NCBI GenBank assembly: GCA_951406725.2
Contig: CATOCA020000002.1
Coordinates: forward strand, 1,116,001 to 1,180,000
DNA length: 64,000 nt
Reading direction: 5' to 3'
Source of the DNA: Octopus vulgaris
Lineage: Eukaryota
In this document: piece after piece, positions 24,297 through 35,382 of the stretch
Layout: each line of letters starts with the position of its first letter
Position numbering within the stretch: position 1 is the stretch's first letter
The notes under the pieces: model-generated
What the model saw: only the letters and a program-made list of their open reading frames with translations
Told to the model about the DNA's origin: nothing
The model's database searches: none
Position numbers and translations under genes: made by a program

Positions 24297-24342
24297 TATT
24301 ATTGAAAACAAGTGGATGTATTCCACCGAAACTAGGTAAATA
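24297..24342 (+). ncRNA. Second hammerhead-like motif in repeat unit 1
   Basis: TATTA-TTGAAAA-CAA-GTGGA(TGTAT)TCCAC-C-GAAAC(TAG)GTA-AATA; identical in unit 2 at 24659-24704. Confidence 0.5.
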
Positions 24343-24377
24343 AAACCATCGAACAGAGATTGTCGGAAGCGACACCT

Positions 24378-24439
24378 ACTGGCTGGCTACGCTGCATTGA
24401 AAAGGGGCAATACCCCGAAACGCGTCTGTAGCTGCCGGT
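24378..24439 (+). ncRNA. Type I minimal hammerhead ribozyme (U3-A8 core variant), unit 1
   Basis: ACTGGC-TGGCTAC-GCTGCA-TTGAAAA-GGGG(CAATA)CCCC-GAAAC(GC)GTC-TGTAGC-T-GCCGGT; predicted cleavage 3' of GUC at 24426. Confidence 0.85.
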
Positions 24440-24739
24440 CAAGTAGTGTGGAGCAACTGACCTCCCTTGTTCGAAGGTTATATGGATACAGTTTGTGTAT
24501 CAAATAGCTAACTTAAGGCGATGGCCTCATGGAGCTAATAAGCGGACAGCTTTTTTCTTATTTTTATAAGAATGCCATATTAGTATGGCGATAACTATTA
24601 TTTTCCGGGAACGCTGCCGCTGTTCTCTTTTAGAGAGACTTAGTTATTTTAATATTTCTATTATTGAAAACAAGTGGATGTATTCCACCGAAACTAGGTA
24701 AATAAAACCATCGAACAGAGATTGTCGGAAGCGACACCT

Positions 24740-24801
24740 ACTGGCTGGCTACGCTGCATTGAAAAGGGGCAATACCCCGAAACGCGTCTGTAGCTGCCGG
24801 T
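24740..24801 (+). ncRNA. Type I minimal hammerhead ribozyme (U3-A8 core variant), unit 2
   Basis: Identical copy 362 bp downstream; predicted cleavage after 24788. Confidence 0.85.
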
Positions 24802-25000
24802 CAAGTAGTGTGGAGCGACTGACCTCCCTTGTTCGAAGGTTATATGGATACAGTTTGTGTATCAAATAGCTAACTTAAGGTGATGGCCTCATGGAGCTAA
24901 TAAGCGGACAGCTTTTTTCTTATTTTTATAAGAATGCCATATTAGTATGGCGATAACTATTATTTTATATATATATATACATATATCGTTATATATATAT

Positions 25001-25035
25001 ACTAGCTTAAGGTGACCCGCTCTACGCGCGGGTAA
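25001..25035 (-). mobile_element. Probable non-autonomous Helitron 3' terminus (hairpin + CTAG)
   Basis: ACTAG followed by hairpin ACCCGC-TCTACGC-GCGGGT, i.e. hairpin then CTAGT on the minus strand. Confidence 0.45.
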
Positions 25036-25059
25036 GAGTGTGGTTGTTTCCTTTCAGCA

Positions 25060-25361
25060 CGTAAAAAGCACCATCTGAACGTGGCCAATTGCAGCACCGT
25101 CTTGACTGGCTTCTGTGCGAGTGGCACAAAAAAAGCACCAACTGATCGTGGCCGCTGCCAGCCCCCCTGGCACCTGTGCCGGTGGCACGAAAAAAGCACC
25201 CACTACACTCACAGAGTGGTTGGCGTTAGGAAGGGCATCCACCTGTAGAAACACTGCCAGATCAGACTGGAGCCTGGTGCAGCCTCCTGGCTTCCCAGAC
25301 CCCAGTCAAGCTGTCCAACCCGTGGTAGCATGGAAAACGGACTTTAAACGATGATGATGAT
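25060..25361 (+). mobile_element. RTE 3'-tail fragment / partner SINE ending in (GAT)n
   Basis: GAGTGGTTGGCGTTAGGAAGGGCATCC...AGCATGGAAAACGGAC...AAACGATGATGATGA; the same tail closes the RTE copies at ~29300-29542 and ~58000-58383. Confidence 0.8.
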
Positions 25362-27070
25362 TCCCCCGCTTTGTTTCTCTCTCCTTTCCCACTCTCTTAC
25401 TTTTCTTTTCTCTCGAACTCTCCCTCGCTTTCTCTTACTCTCTATCTTTATCTATCTCTCTCCCATTTATAAACAACAAAAGATCTTGAGTAAGTTGAGA
25501 AATAAAATATTTTGAAAGATCAATCATAAATATCAGGCAGTGACAACGGAAAGGTCTGCTTCAAGGCAGACAGCAAAACACTAACATTTAAAATGGACAG
25601 ACGAACTTGCAAGCTGAATAAAAATAATAAAATATTGGAAACCAAAGTTTGAAGGGATAAATCTGAGGATAGTAGAGTCACCATGGCTGGCATTTCTTAA
25701 CAACGGACAGCAACGTATTGACAGTTTAATGGCTGGCGTAAAATTTTGAACTTGATGTAAAAGAAAATTCCTAAACACCAAGTTTTGAAGTGATTCTTTC
25801 TCACGACAGTAGACTCACCATGGCAAGCATTCAAAACTTCTTCATCATGGACGGCAACACATTGACGATTAAAAGGCTGGTGCAAATCTTTTAGCTTGAT
25901 GTAACAGAGAATTCGTAAACACCTGCTCCTTTAAATTTTAATCCCTTCCAGCCCCATTTAGACCCCTTTTCACATTTTGGTTAATATAACCCGATTTCAT
26001 TCGGGTCTACTGAGGCCACATTTTATAAGATGAGGAATTTTGTCCTAGAGGTCACGCCTTTCATTTGAGGAAAAAAATAGTTGTCATGCAAACTTGCCAG
26101 CACTTTTAACATAGGTGGGCATATTTTCAGCTCAACCGACCACATAATGCACACATATATATATATATGTGTGTGTGTGTGTGTATGCATGCACGCATTA
26201 TATATACAAATTATATATATATATGTATAAATGAAATTAGAGATAAAACCACTAACAAACAAACAGTGAAAAACATAAAAATAAAAATATAATGTACAAA
26301 ATATATAAAATTGAAAAATTTAAATTATTTAAAATTAAAATTAATTTATATTTATAATTTAAAAAAAATATATATAACTATCAAAAAGTATTAAAAAGTT
26401 TAATATACATAAATACAGATATATACACTTTGTATATATACATTATATATACATATTTATATATAGAACACACACACATATATAAATTAACCCAATAAAT
26501 ATCTGATTCATAATATTTGTTCTCATGATTATGTGGTGGTGGTGGCGATGATAATTCTCTCTATGAATGCAGACAGACGCAGAGAGAGAGAGAGAGAGTG
26601 TGAAAGTGCTGTGGAAGGTGGGGAGGAGGGGGAAATATAGAACGCTGTGACACGTTATAAAGCGAAAGTGAAGGGGAGTTAGAGTTAGACAACGTTATAT
26701 ATAGAAAGTGATAGGAAGGGAGGAAAGAGTGAGTGATGGAGGAAGACAGATACATAAAAGAATGAGAGTAGACTTGTCAAAGTGCGTTTTTGGCCCTAGC
26801 AACGACACCTTTTAAGATAGGGATTTCTAACCTAGCCCACTCGCATCCTCACCTCATTTTACATGTCCCTGTAAATTTTGGAGTCAATCCAACGGGGTCT
26901 AGTGGCCTTTAACCCGTTCTCAATGCCAAAACCAGACAAACAAACTTTTCGCATTTCAGTTTTATAAATATATATATATGTAGAAGGTTGAAAAGGAGCA
27001 CATGAGTTGATATATATGGGAAAAAAAAGTCAAGGTAGAAAATGCTAAAATAATTTTATAAAAAACATTT

Positions 27071-27106
27071 CAGTACCGGTTTCAGTCATTGAGACTTTTT
27101 CAACTG
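27071..27106 (-). ncRNA. Minimal type I hammerhead motif (U3-A8 core)
   Basis: Minus strand CAG-TTGAAAA-AGTC(TCAAT)GACT-GAAAC(CG)GTA-CTG; palindromic stem III ACCGGT. Confidence 0.7.
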
Positions 27107-27749
27107 CAAGTATGGAAAACAATTAAATTTTGGAAAAATTAGAAGAAAAGTTTTTAAAAATATATGCATAGTATTCAAATATAAGAGGCATTTGCCTTTC
27201 TCTGTCTCTCTTGTGGGTTCAAACTGTCTTTGTCAGGGGTCATCTGGACTCCCACCTTCACCGTGAAAAGGAATTAATCTTCCTTTTTTGTTCCTTTGTG
27301 GGCTCAACTTACTACCTCTTCATCTGACACCAACCCCACACAGATTCTCATATTTAACTGTCCCCCTCCACCTACATTGGTACCCTTACCACACAGACAC
27401 TATACAGCCATATACATTGTTCAACTTATTACTTCACACACCTTCCCCCACACAAGCACCCATAATTTTCAATAGCGTCACCACACATACCACTATACAA
27501 GCAGCCACACACTGTTTAACTCAGTACACACAAGCACGTAATACCCGAATAATATACACAAGTCCACAATACATACATACCACCTAAACAAGCAGACATC
27601 AACTGCTACAAACAACACACTTTTGCACCTTAGTTTGTTGCAATCACTGTTACCGTTATTATCTCCCTTTTATTCAGTCTCTTTTTCCAGTCATCTCACC
27701 GTGTTTGACTGTTGAGCTCTGCACATTTTTACTGTTTTTTTTACATTCT

Positions 27750-27900
27750 CTCTTCATTTTTTTCCCCTTGATTCTTTCTGTTGAAGAGTGTCAGCTAAAA
27801 TGTAAAAGACTTTCCCATTTTTTCCAGGCATTAAACTAATACACCTGTTTGTTGTTTCTACACCTGTCTTTGTCTTTAGTTTTCTGTAAATTTGAACTAT
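27750..27900 (+). repeat. Dispersed repeat tail with a decayed hammerhead-like motif (copy of 33820-33965)
   Basis: TCTTT-CTGTTGA-AGAGTGTCAGCTAAAATGTAAAAGACTTTC...AAACTAATACACCTGTTTGTTG. Confidence 0.55.
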
Positions 27901-27912
27901 TTATATATATAT

Positions 27913-29542
27913 ATGGAGAAAGCCTTCGACAGGGTCCCCCGATCCCTTATCTGGTGGTCACTGAGGAAACTAGGGATAGATGAATGGTTAGTGAGAGCTG
28001 TGCAAGCCATGTTCAGGGACGCTGCTAGTAAGGTGAGGGTTGGCAACGAGTAGAGTGAAGAATTCCGGGTAGAGGTAGGGGTCCACCAAGGTTCAGTCCT
28101 CAGCCCCCGCCTATTTATCATAGTCCTCCAGGCAATAACGGAGGAATTCAAGACAGGATGCTCCTGGGAGCTCCTCTATGATGATGACCTTGCTCTAATT
28201 GCTGAGTCACTATCAGAACTGGAGGAGAAGTTTCAGGTGTGGAAGCAAGGATTAGAATTGAAAGGCCTTAGAGTCAACCTAGCTAAAACCAAAGTCCTAA
28301 TAAGTAGGAAGGTAGACAAATCACAAATGCCTTCAAGTAGATGGCCCTGCTCGATCTGTAGAAAAGGTGTAGGTAGAAACTCTATAAGATGCACCAAGTG
28401 TAAGCTATGGACACATAAGAGGTGCAGCAATGTCAAAGGAAGGCTAACTAGGAAAATAGTTTTTGTATGTAGCAGATGCTCAGGAGCAATAAACACTGAA
28501 AATGCGCAGAGACCAACTTCCGTCACATTCCAGGGAGAAAAACTAGAAATAGTTGATAGCTTCCGTTACCTAGGTGACCAAGTCAGTAGCGGGTGTGCTG
28601 AAAGTGTAACTACTAGAGTAAGAATAGCCTGGGCAAAGTTCAGAGAGCTCTTACCTCTGCTAGTGACAAAAGGCCTCTCGCTCAGAGTAAAAGGCAGACT
28701 GTATGACGCATGTGTACGAACAACCATGTTACATGGCAGTGAAACTTGGGCCGTGACTGCTGAGGATATGCGTAAGCTCGCAAGAAATCAAGCCAGTATG
28801 CTCTGAAGGATGTGTAATGTCAGTGTTCATACTCGACAGAGTGTAAGTACCTTGAGAGAAAAGTTGGACCTAAGCAGCATCAGTTGTGGTGTGCAAGAGA
28901 GACGTTTGCGCTGGTATGGTCATGTGGCGAGAATGGCTGAAGATAGTTGTGTGAAAAAGTGCCACACCCTAGCGGCTGAGGGAACCTGTGGAAGAGGAAG
29001 ACCCAGGAAAACCTGGGACAAGGTGGTGAAGCACGACCTTCGAACTTTAGGTCTCACCAAGGAAATGACTAGAGACCGAGACCTTTGGAAGTATGCTGTG
29101 TGAGAGAAAACCCGGCAGGACAAGTGAGACCATAACCCGTGGCCTCTACCTGGGATGTAGCCAGTCCACTTATGCATACCTTTCCTTCTTGGGACACAAA
29201 ACTCTACTTGTGAAGACCTGTTGAGGCAAGTGAGAATCAAAATCAAAATCGAAATTGATCAACATCAATGGAAATTGTAGCTGTGATACCACGTAAGAGA
29301 ACCATCCGAACGTGGCCATTGCCAGCGCCGCCCAATCATGGCCGTTTGCCAGCCTCGTTCGGCACCTGTGCCGGTGGCATGTAAAAAGCACCCACGGAGT
29401 GGTTGGTGTTAGGAAGGGCATCCAGCCGTAGAAACAATGCTAGATCAGATGGGTCTGGTGCAGCCTTCTGGCTTCCCAGACCCCAGTTGAACCATCCAAC
29501 TCATGCTAGCATGGAAAGTGGACACTAAACGATGATGATGAT
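27913..29542 (+). mobile_element. RTE-clade LINE, 5'-truncated, with 3' UTR and (GAT)n tail
   Basis: EKAFDRV, GVHQGSVLSP, PHD-like finger, FRYLGD, KGRLYDACVRTTMLHGSETW, RRLRWYGHVARM and RGRPRKTW. Confidence 0.93.
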
Positions 29543-30199
29543 ATATATATATATAGTTCAAATAGTTATATATATATATATATAACTATATGTATATATA
29601 TATATACACACATACATATATGTATATATTATCATTTAACGTTTGTTGTCCATGGGTTGGACAGTTTGACCAGGGCTGGCAAGCTGGAAGGCTGCAGACT
29701 CCAGTCTGATTTGGTATGGTTTCTCCAGCTTGATGCCCTTCCTAATGAGTGGTTTACATGCCACCATTGAAATAGTAGCAAAGAAATGGCTAGCTTCACC
29801 ATAATTATTTAAGTAGCTACATTAGATATCTTCCCTAATCAGTGGTAAAATGCTTTCTCGGGTATATTTAAGTTTTATAAGAGAACAGTTATCAAAATTC
29901 CAATGTTATATATCAGATCATTTATAGAGATGAGTATCACGTTATTAACATTGGAGCCACATTCAGAAACAACAGTAACAGTTGTAATATAAAAGTTCTC
30001 TTCCTCCATCATCATTACTATTCTGAAAATAATAATAAAGTGGTAAAATGATCGCGAAGAAGCTTTCTTGACAGACACTAAAACCATCTAGCATACATTG
30101 ATATCACCTTACATGGTGTGTGAATATTAGACAGCAATATAGTGTTCTTTGGAGTATTTGCATCATTTCTCCCTAGTTGCATTAGTTGAGCACAGCGAC

Positions 30200-32760
30200 T
30201 GCATGAGCTAACCGTGTAATGTTCATAGTTTGATTTATTTGAAGGGGTGTTCATGCATATTGTCTCTATTTCTCTTTCAAATCTTTTTGAGAAAATGTAG
30301 TTCCTCTGCTTATCCTTGAAACATTTGATTTTGGAGAGAATTTTTTGATGAAGTGTAGCTCCATCGCTTTTCGGAACTTTGAGTCATCTCTTGAACATTT
30401 CCAAAAGGGAAAGATTTTGAACTTTCTTTCACTGCATATTTCTAGATGCTTGCTCAGTGGAATCTCGCACAATTCTGCTTATCGGATCTGTTGTTTGTGG
30501 ATTCTTCCACATTGGCAGAGGAAATTGTTTGTTTTGCCAATGTAATTTCCCTTGCAGTTGGGGCAAGTAATGTAGTATATGAGATTCTGCGCCTTGCAGT
30601 TCATATCTGCATTTACTCTGAACGAGAATCCATTCTTGAATTTTATGTGGGAACCACTTTCTAAATATTTAAAGTTGTTGTTATTGCATGTTCCACATTC
30701 TTTTAGAGAGAATTCTGATTCATTCTCTGATGTGAATTTTGCTCTTGTGAGGCGTTTTTTTGAGATTTTTTGGTTGGTGTCAACTGTTTCGTAAGGGCTT
30801 TGTATCAATAAGATTTTTCATTTTGGGAATTTGTAGAAGTATGGGTAGGTTTGATTTTATGGCGTGAAAGATGTTGGTTACCCCAAGATTGCACATATTG
30901 ATAAATAGAAGCATGTGTTCATTAATTTTTACCTTTGGTGTCCTTAGTTGTGTGATGCTCAGCATTATCACCTTTTTAATTCCATCATTTATTAATTCTA
31001 AGGGGTAATTCTGTTCTGTTAGTAAGCCTTTGAGCTCATTGAGTTGGATTTGAAATATTTTTGGGTTAATCACTATTGTACAGATATTTCTTGCCATGCT
31101 GTATGGTATGTTCCTTTTGATGTGTGAGGGATGGCAAGAATATAAATTCAAATATGATTGCATGCCCAATTTTTTGTAGAATGTCTGTGGAGTTGTGTAT
31201 TTTTATGTGAATATCTAGGAATGGTAATTCATTGTAACTGGTTTCTGTCATGAATTTGATGGATGGGTGAAGTGTATTGAGTATATTATTAAATATTTGT
31301 AGGTCCTCATTTGATTTGTCCCAAAAGGTGAAACATGCATCAAGGAAGCATTTCCACTTTTTAATGACATACTTCTTGCAATTATGATTAAAAGCTCTCT
31401 ACCTCCTCATAAAGCTCTTCTTCCATGTATCCCATGACTAGGTTAGCATATGAGGGTGCAAACTACGTCCCCATAGCCATGCCCTTTTACTGTTGATGTG
31501 TTTTATTATCAAATTTAAAGGCGTTTTCTTCTAGTACCAGGTGTGTGGTCTTGGTGATGAAGTCAGTTATGAAGTGTTCATTTATCCATTTCTATGTTTC
31601 TCTACCTAGTGTTTGACTGCTTCCAGGCTCAAAGTTTGAGGTATATTCATATAAAGATTGATGACGTCAAACCTTGTAAGAATAGTACCTTCTGGGACAG
31701 TGGGCAGAATGAGCTGGAGGAAATCTATGCAGTCCCGTATATAGCTGGGTATTAATGGGCATAAAGGTTTTAGGAGTATATCCAAAAGATGACTCAGTTG
31801 TTGTGTTGGTACTTGAGGTTCAGCAACTATTGGTCTCAGTTTGAGGTTAGTAGATAGGTCTTAATACTTTTATGTATTGGCTCCTCTGCTCATTTATGGC
31901 TCACTGTATTTCAGAGCTTTTGTGGATTTTGGGTAATCTGTAGAAATTGCTCTCTTTGATTACAGAGTCACAATAATCTTTCTCCTTGTCTGTGAAGGAA
32001 TCTTGGTATACATTAATTACTGTTTTGATTTTTCCAGGTGTCTTGGTTCTTCCTTGTAGTAGGTTTGGTCTGTTAGAATTTCCAATAATTAATCTTTATA
32101 TTAGTCCTTGTCCATGAATACTATTGTCCCTCCCTTATCAGCTTCTTTTAAGATGACTGAATTGTCATTCTTCAATGTTAGTAAGGCTTCCTTTTCTTTT
32201 TCATGAAGGTATTGCTTGCATTTACGGGTACTTAGGGGAAATTTCAAAACTGTCTATATATGCATCTAAATGTTTGTTATTCCCCTTGTAGCGGGTGAAG
32301 TGGGATTTATTATCCTTATTGCCAAAGAATTCTATAAGCCAGAGTTGGTGGTTAAAATACTCAATGTCAGCATTCAGCTGAATGAGATTAGGGATGGGTG
32401 CCAGGATAAATTTGAAACTTCTCAATAGGAGATTCATCTCATTCGTGTTGAGGTTTCTATTTGACAAATTTATGATCTTCAGGTCTACTTGTGCTATGTG
32501 CTCATTAAAATTTTCTGTTGCATCAGGTCTGATTCCCGGTTGTCGTATTTTCTCCCTAGAAAAGGAATTGTATTACTGTGTCCAGGGTTCTGGTTCCTTC
32601 ATAAGTGAGGGGATGGTTCATGTTCTTTGCACATATTCCATTGCCTATAGGTTCTGTCTTCTTCCCATCTTCTATGTTTATTGAGCCATTCAGGATGTAT
32701 TGGATTGTTGGTTGTAAATCATGGGTTTCTTGAGTTACCGTGATGATCATTTATATTATG
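30200..32760 (-). mobile_element. Penelope-like element (RT + GIY-YIG endonuclease), decayed
   Basis: NLSNRNLNTNEMNLLLRSFKF, GMAMGT/APSYANLVMGYMEE, LPFLDIHI, SCHPSHIKRNIPYSMA and NLIYYITCPNCKGNYIGKT (GIY-YIG with CxxC). Confidence 0.9.
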
Positions 32761-32813
32761 GTTTCTGTGTTGTCTGTATTTTACTTGCTTTTCTTTCCAG
32801 GTATTCATAATAC

Positions 32814-33453
32814 CTTAGTTCTATGTAGACAACACTTGAATACAGTCTGCTAGTGAAGCAGAAAGTAGATATTGAGTCCAAAAGTCTTGTCTTAATCTGT
32901 TTTGCTTGATTCAGTGCTTAGTTCCAAGTAACCATATAAACAAGCAGACAGGTTCTGATGTATTTTGATGACCACACCCATGTCATATATGTTGAACAAA
33001 CACATCAGCAACCTGTGTATCAAAAACATTTGCTAATCACACATATTTGTTGTAGAGAAGATCTGATATAAAATGGCTTTCAGTCTTAGACTGAAAATGT
33101 TCTTCTCCAAAGTTCTAAAATAAAACATATAGACATGTGATTTCACTGTTATCATAACCCAGACAACTGTCCCAAATCAACCTTCTCCTAAGCTCTCTAT
33201 ATTCAAGCCAATTGAGTGTTCTCTTTGAATGTAATCTAAAATAGCTTTGAGAGTTTTGCTTTCTACAATTGTAAATCTATCACATGATTTTGCCAGGTCT
33301 TTGTCTAAATGGTTTACAGTTTGTGCCACCTCATCCTGCCCACTTTTCTCATCAGTATCAATTTCATTAGGTACATCTTCCTTGTAACTGAAGCCGGCCA
33401 TGTCACTCTGTGTTGTATCTTCTTCAGGATATTATCAACATCAAATTTCAATT
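32814..33453 (-). pseudogene. EXD1: EXD1-like (3'-5' exonuclease domain, piRNA biogenesis) pseudogene segment
   Basis: Across stops and frameshifts it reads AILDYIQREHSIGLNIESLGEG*FGTVVWVMITVKSHVYMFYFRTLEKNIFSLRLKAIL / ISDLLYNKYV*LANVFDTQVADVFVQH. NVFDTQVAD is characteristic of EXD1/Egalitarian-type domains. Confidence 0.72.
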
Positions 33454-33835
33454 CTAAAATTTGTACAATATAGAAATGGCAAGGTTTAGATCTCTCTTTC
33501 TCTCTGTCTATCCTTTCCCCATCCATTATCATTTTTTACCTCTTTCTTGATTGTCCTGAAACCTCTTTCTGTCTATTTTCTCCCCCATCTTTGCTTTTCT
33601 TTCTCTCTTTCATTCACCCACCATAAAATTTTCTCCTCTTCTAAACAAAGTAGGAAAATAAAAAGTGATTCATATAAATGAAGAATGAATGTTCTGTTTT
33701 TACCATTTTTGATTTTGTCTTGACGAGTTCGATAAACAAACAAAAGCACTAATAAAGGATTATCCAAAATTCTGAGTGCCTCCTTTTTCTCAATATATAT
33801 ATATTTTTATAATTTCTCTCTGTTTATTTCTGTGT

Positions 33836-33875
33836 TCTTTTCTGTTGAAGAGCATAGGCTCGAAACGTAAAAGAC
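33836..33875 (+). ncRNA. Minimal hammerhead-like motif (CUGUUGA core, loopless stem III)
   Basis: TCTTTT-CTGTTGA-A-GAGC(ATAG)GCTC-GAAACGTA-AAAGA; palindromic ACGT. Confidence 0.5.
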
Positions 33876-33964
33876 TTTCTCATTTCCTGAGTGTAAAACT
33901 AATACATCTGTTTGTTGTTTACACACTAGTGTCTTGTTTCATTTGTTTTTTTGTAAATTCCAAC

Positions 33965-34260
33965 TATATATATAAAATGACGAGAATATGTGTCTGTCTG
34001 TCTGTGTGAATCCCTAAAACTTGAGAACTACACAACCAATTTCATTCAAATTTTACTGAGTGTCCATGTCGTGTCATGGCCAAAAAAAACTTTTAACTTC
34101 TTGCCTAGTGCGAGCCCACAGCAATATCATATCTTCTCCACTATTTCAGTATTACGTGTCAAAAGAGAAAGAATAACATCTCTCTATTGTAATGTCAGAT
34201 GCTTTCACTTTAATACTGAAACTATTAAAGTGAAACTATTATATAAGAGGGATGAACTGT
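33965..34260 (+). mobile_element. Non-autonomous Helitron-like repeat (related copy at ~48508-48720)
   Basis: TATATATAAAA...(CTGT)n head and shared TGTCAAAAG(A/T)GAAAGAATAA...TATTGTAATGT in both copies. Confidence 0.45.
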
Positions 34261-34954
34261 AAGTGGACATCTATTATGGTAGAAGAAGATCTGCTATGGT
34301 CTTACTACTAACAAAAGAATGGTAAGACCATAACAAGTATATCCAAGGTAGAGTAGTACAATTGTTTCATGCTACTTCATTTTATTAAACACTGTAAGTA
34401 TTACATCAATTTTAAAATGTTGAGCAATCTTCAGCCACTTATAGAATTTTCCACTCAAACAGACAATGCACATTCTTATCCCTATTTCATTTGCCAACAT
34501 TATAAAGAGGGTAGATATATAGACAGAGAGGTTGATTTCATTCTTAAGAACATGATAGTAGTATATTCACTCTCTGACTGTAGATTTTATCATTGAGTTC
34601 ACTTTGTTATTTAGATCTGTCAGTGGGGAGGGGGTTTTATTTTTGGTTGGATGGAGACAAAATTTTTTCTATTTATAGATATAGGAAGGGGTAGTACAAA
34701 TGTCAAAACCATTAACCCATTCCCATTTTGAGGAATTCAGTTTAGATATATTTGAATGTATTATAGCAAAAAGCTAGTAGGTTGAAGTTAGAGGGGTAGA
34801 GGGAACATAGGCTACTAGTACTCTAGAGGTTTTCAATGTCCCTTACCATTCAACATCCAGATTCTATATTAAGAAATTTAAGTAAATATCCTTTAGATAA
34901 TTTTCTAAAGGATTTCAATAAATATTAGTATCTTATACAGGGATAGAAAATATA

Positions 34955-35382
34955 GAAATCATTTCATATTTATATAAATATATATCCATTTCTATTAATA
35001 TATAATCATAATTAGCTAGTAAATGGTACTTTATTTTATTAATAAGTTGAATTAAAAGAAAATGTTCGACATTTACTAACTATGGAAAAAAAAACTTTAT
35101 TAATTTAGCACATATATCAGGAGTCAATAAGATATATTAAAAAGTAATGGAAGGGAGATAATCAAGATGAATCAAGTAATTTCTCTAGATATATAGAATT
35201 TTTTGCAATTATTTCATATATATATATATATATCCATTTCTATTAATATAAAATCATAATTAGCTAGTAAATGGTGATTTGTTTTATTAATGAGTCGAAT
35301 TAAAAGAATATGTTAGACATAATATTTACTAACTGTGGAGAAAAACTTTATCAATTTAGTAAATATATCAGGAGTCAATAAG
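34955..35382. repeat. Local direct duplication of ~175 bp
   Basis: TATATCCATTTCTATTAATATA...TATATCAGGAGTCAATAAG at ~34980-35131 and ~35229-35382. Confidence 0.8.

Larger units (their letters stand above)
24156..24966 (+). mobile_element. 362-bp tandem repeat (~2.24 units) with hammerhead ribozymes; non-LTR retrozyme-like element
   Basis: Units start at 24156, 24518 and 24880 and differ by only a few substitutions. They are non-coding and hairpin-rich, with one complete type I hammerhead per unit. Confidence 0.8.

Noticed and set aside
24433-24470. Twister-like GCCGGTC-AAG
   Set aside because: Remaining twister elements and pseudoknots are absent; these bases are explained by hammerhead stem I.
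24485-24552. Pistol-like pattern (hairpin-AAATAG...TTAAG...TAAGCG) in the 362-bp unit
   Set aside because: The P1 loop GTTTG has no downstream complement for the required pseudoknot.
33177-33401. 74-aa acidic ORF as a standalone gene
   Set aside because: It is part of the frameshifted, stop-containing EXD1-like remnant.
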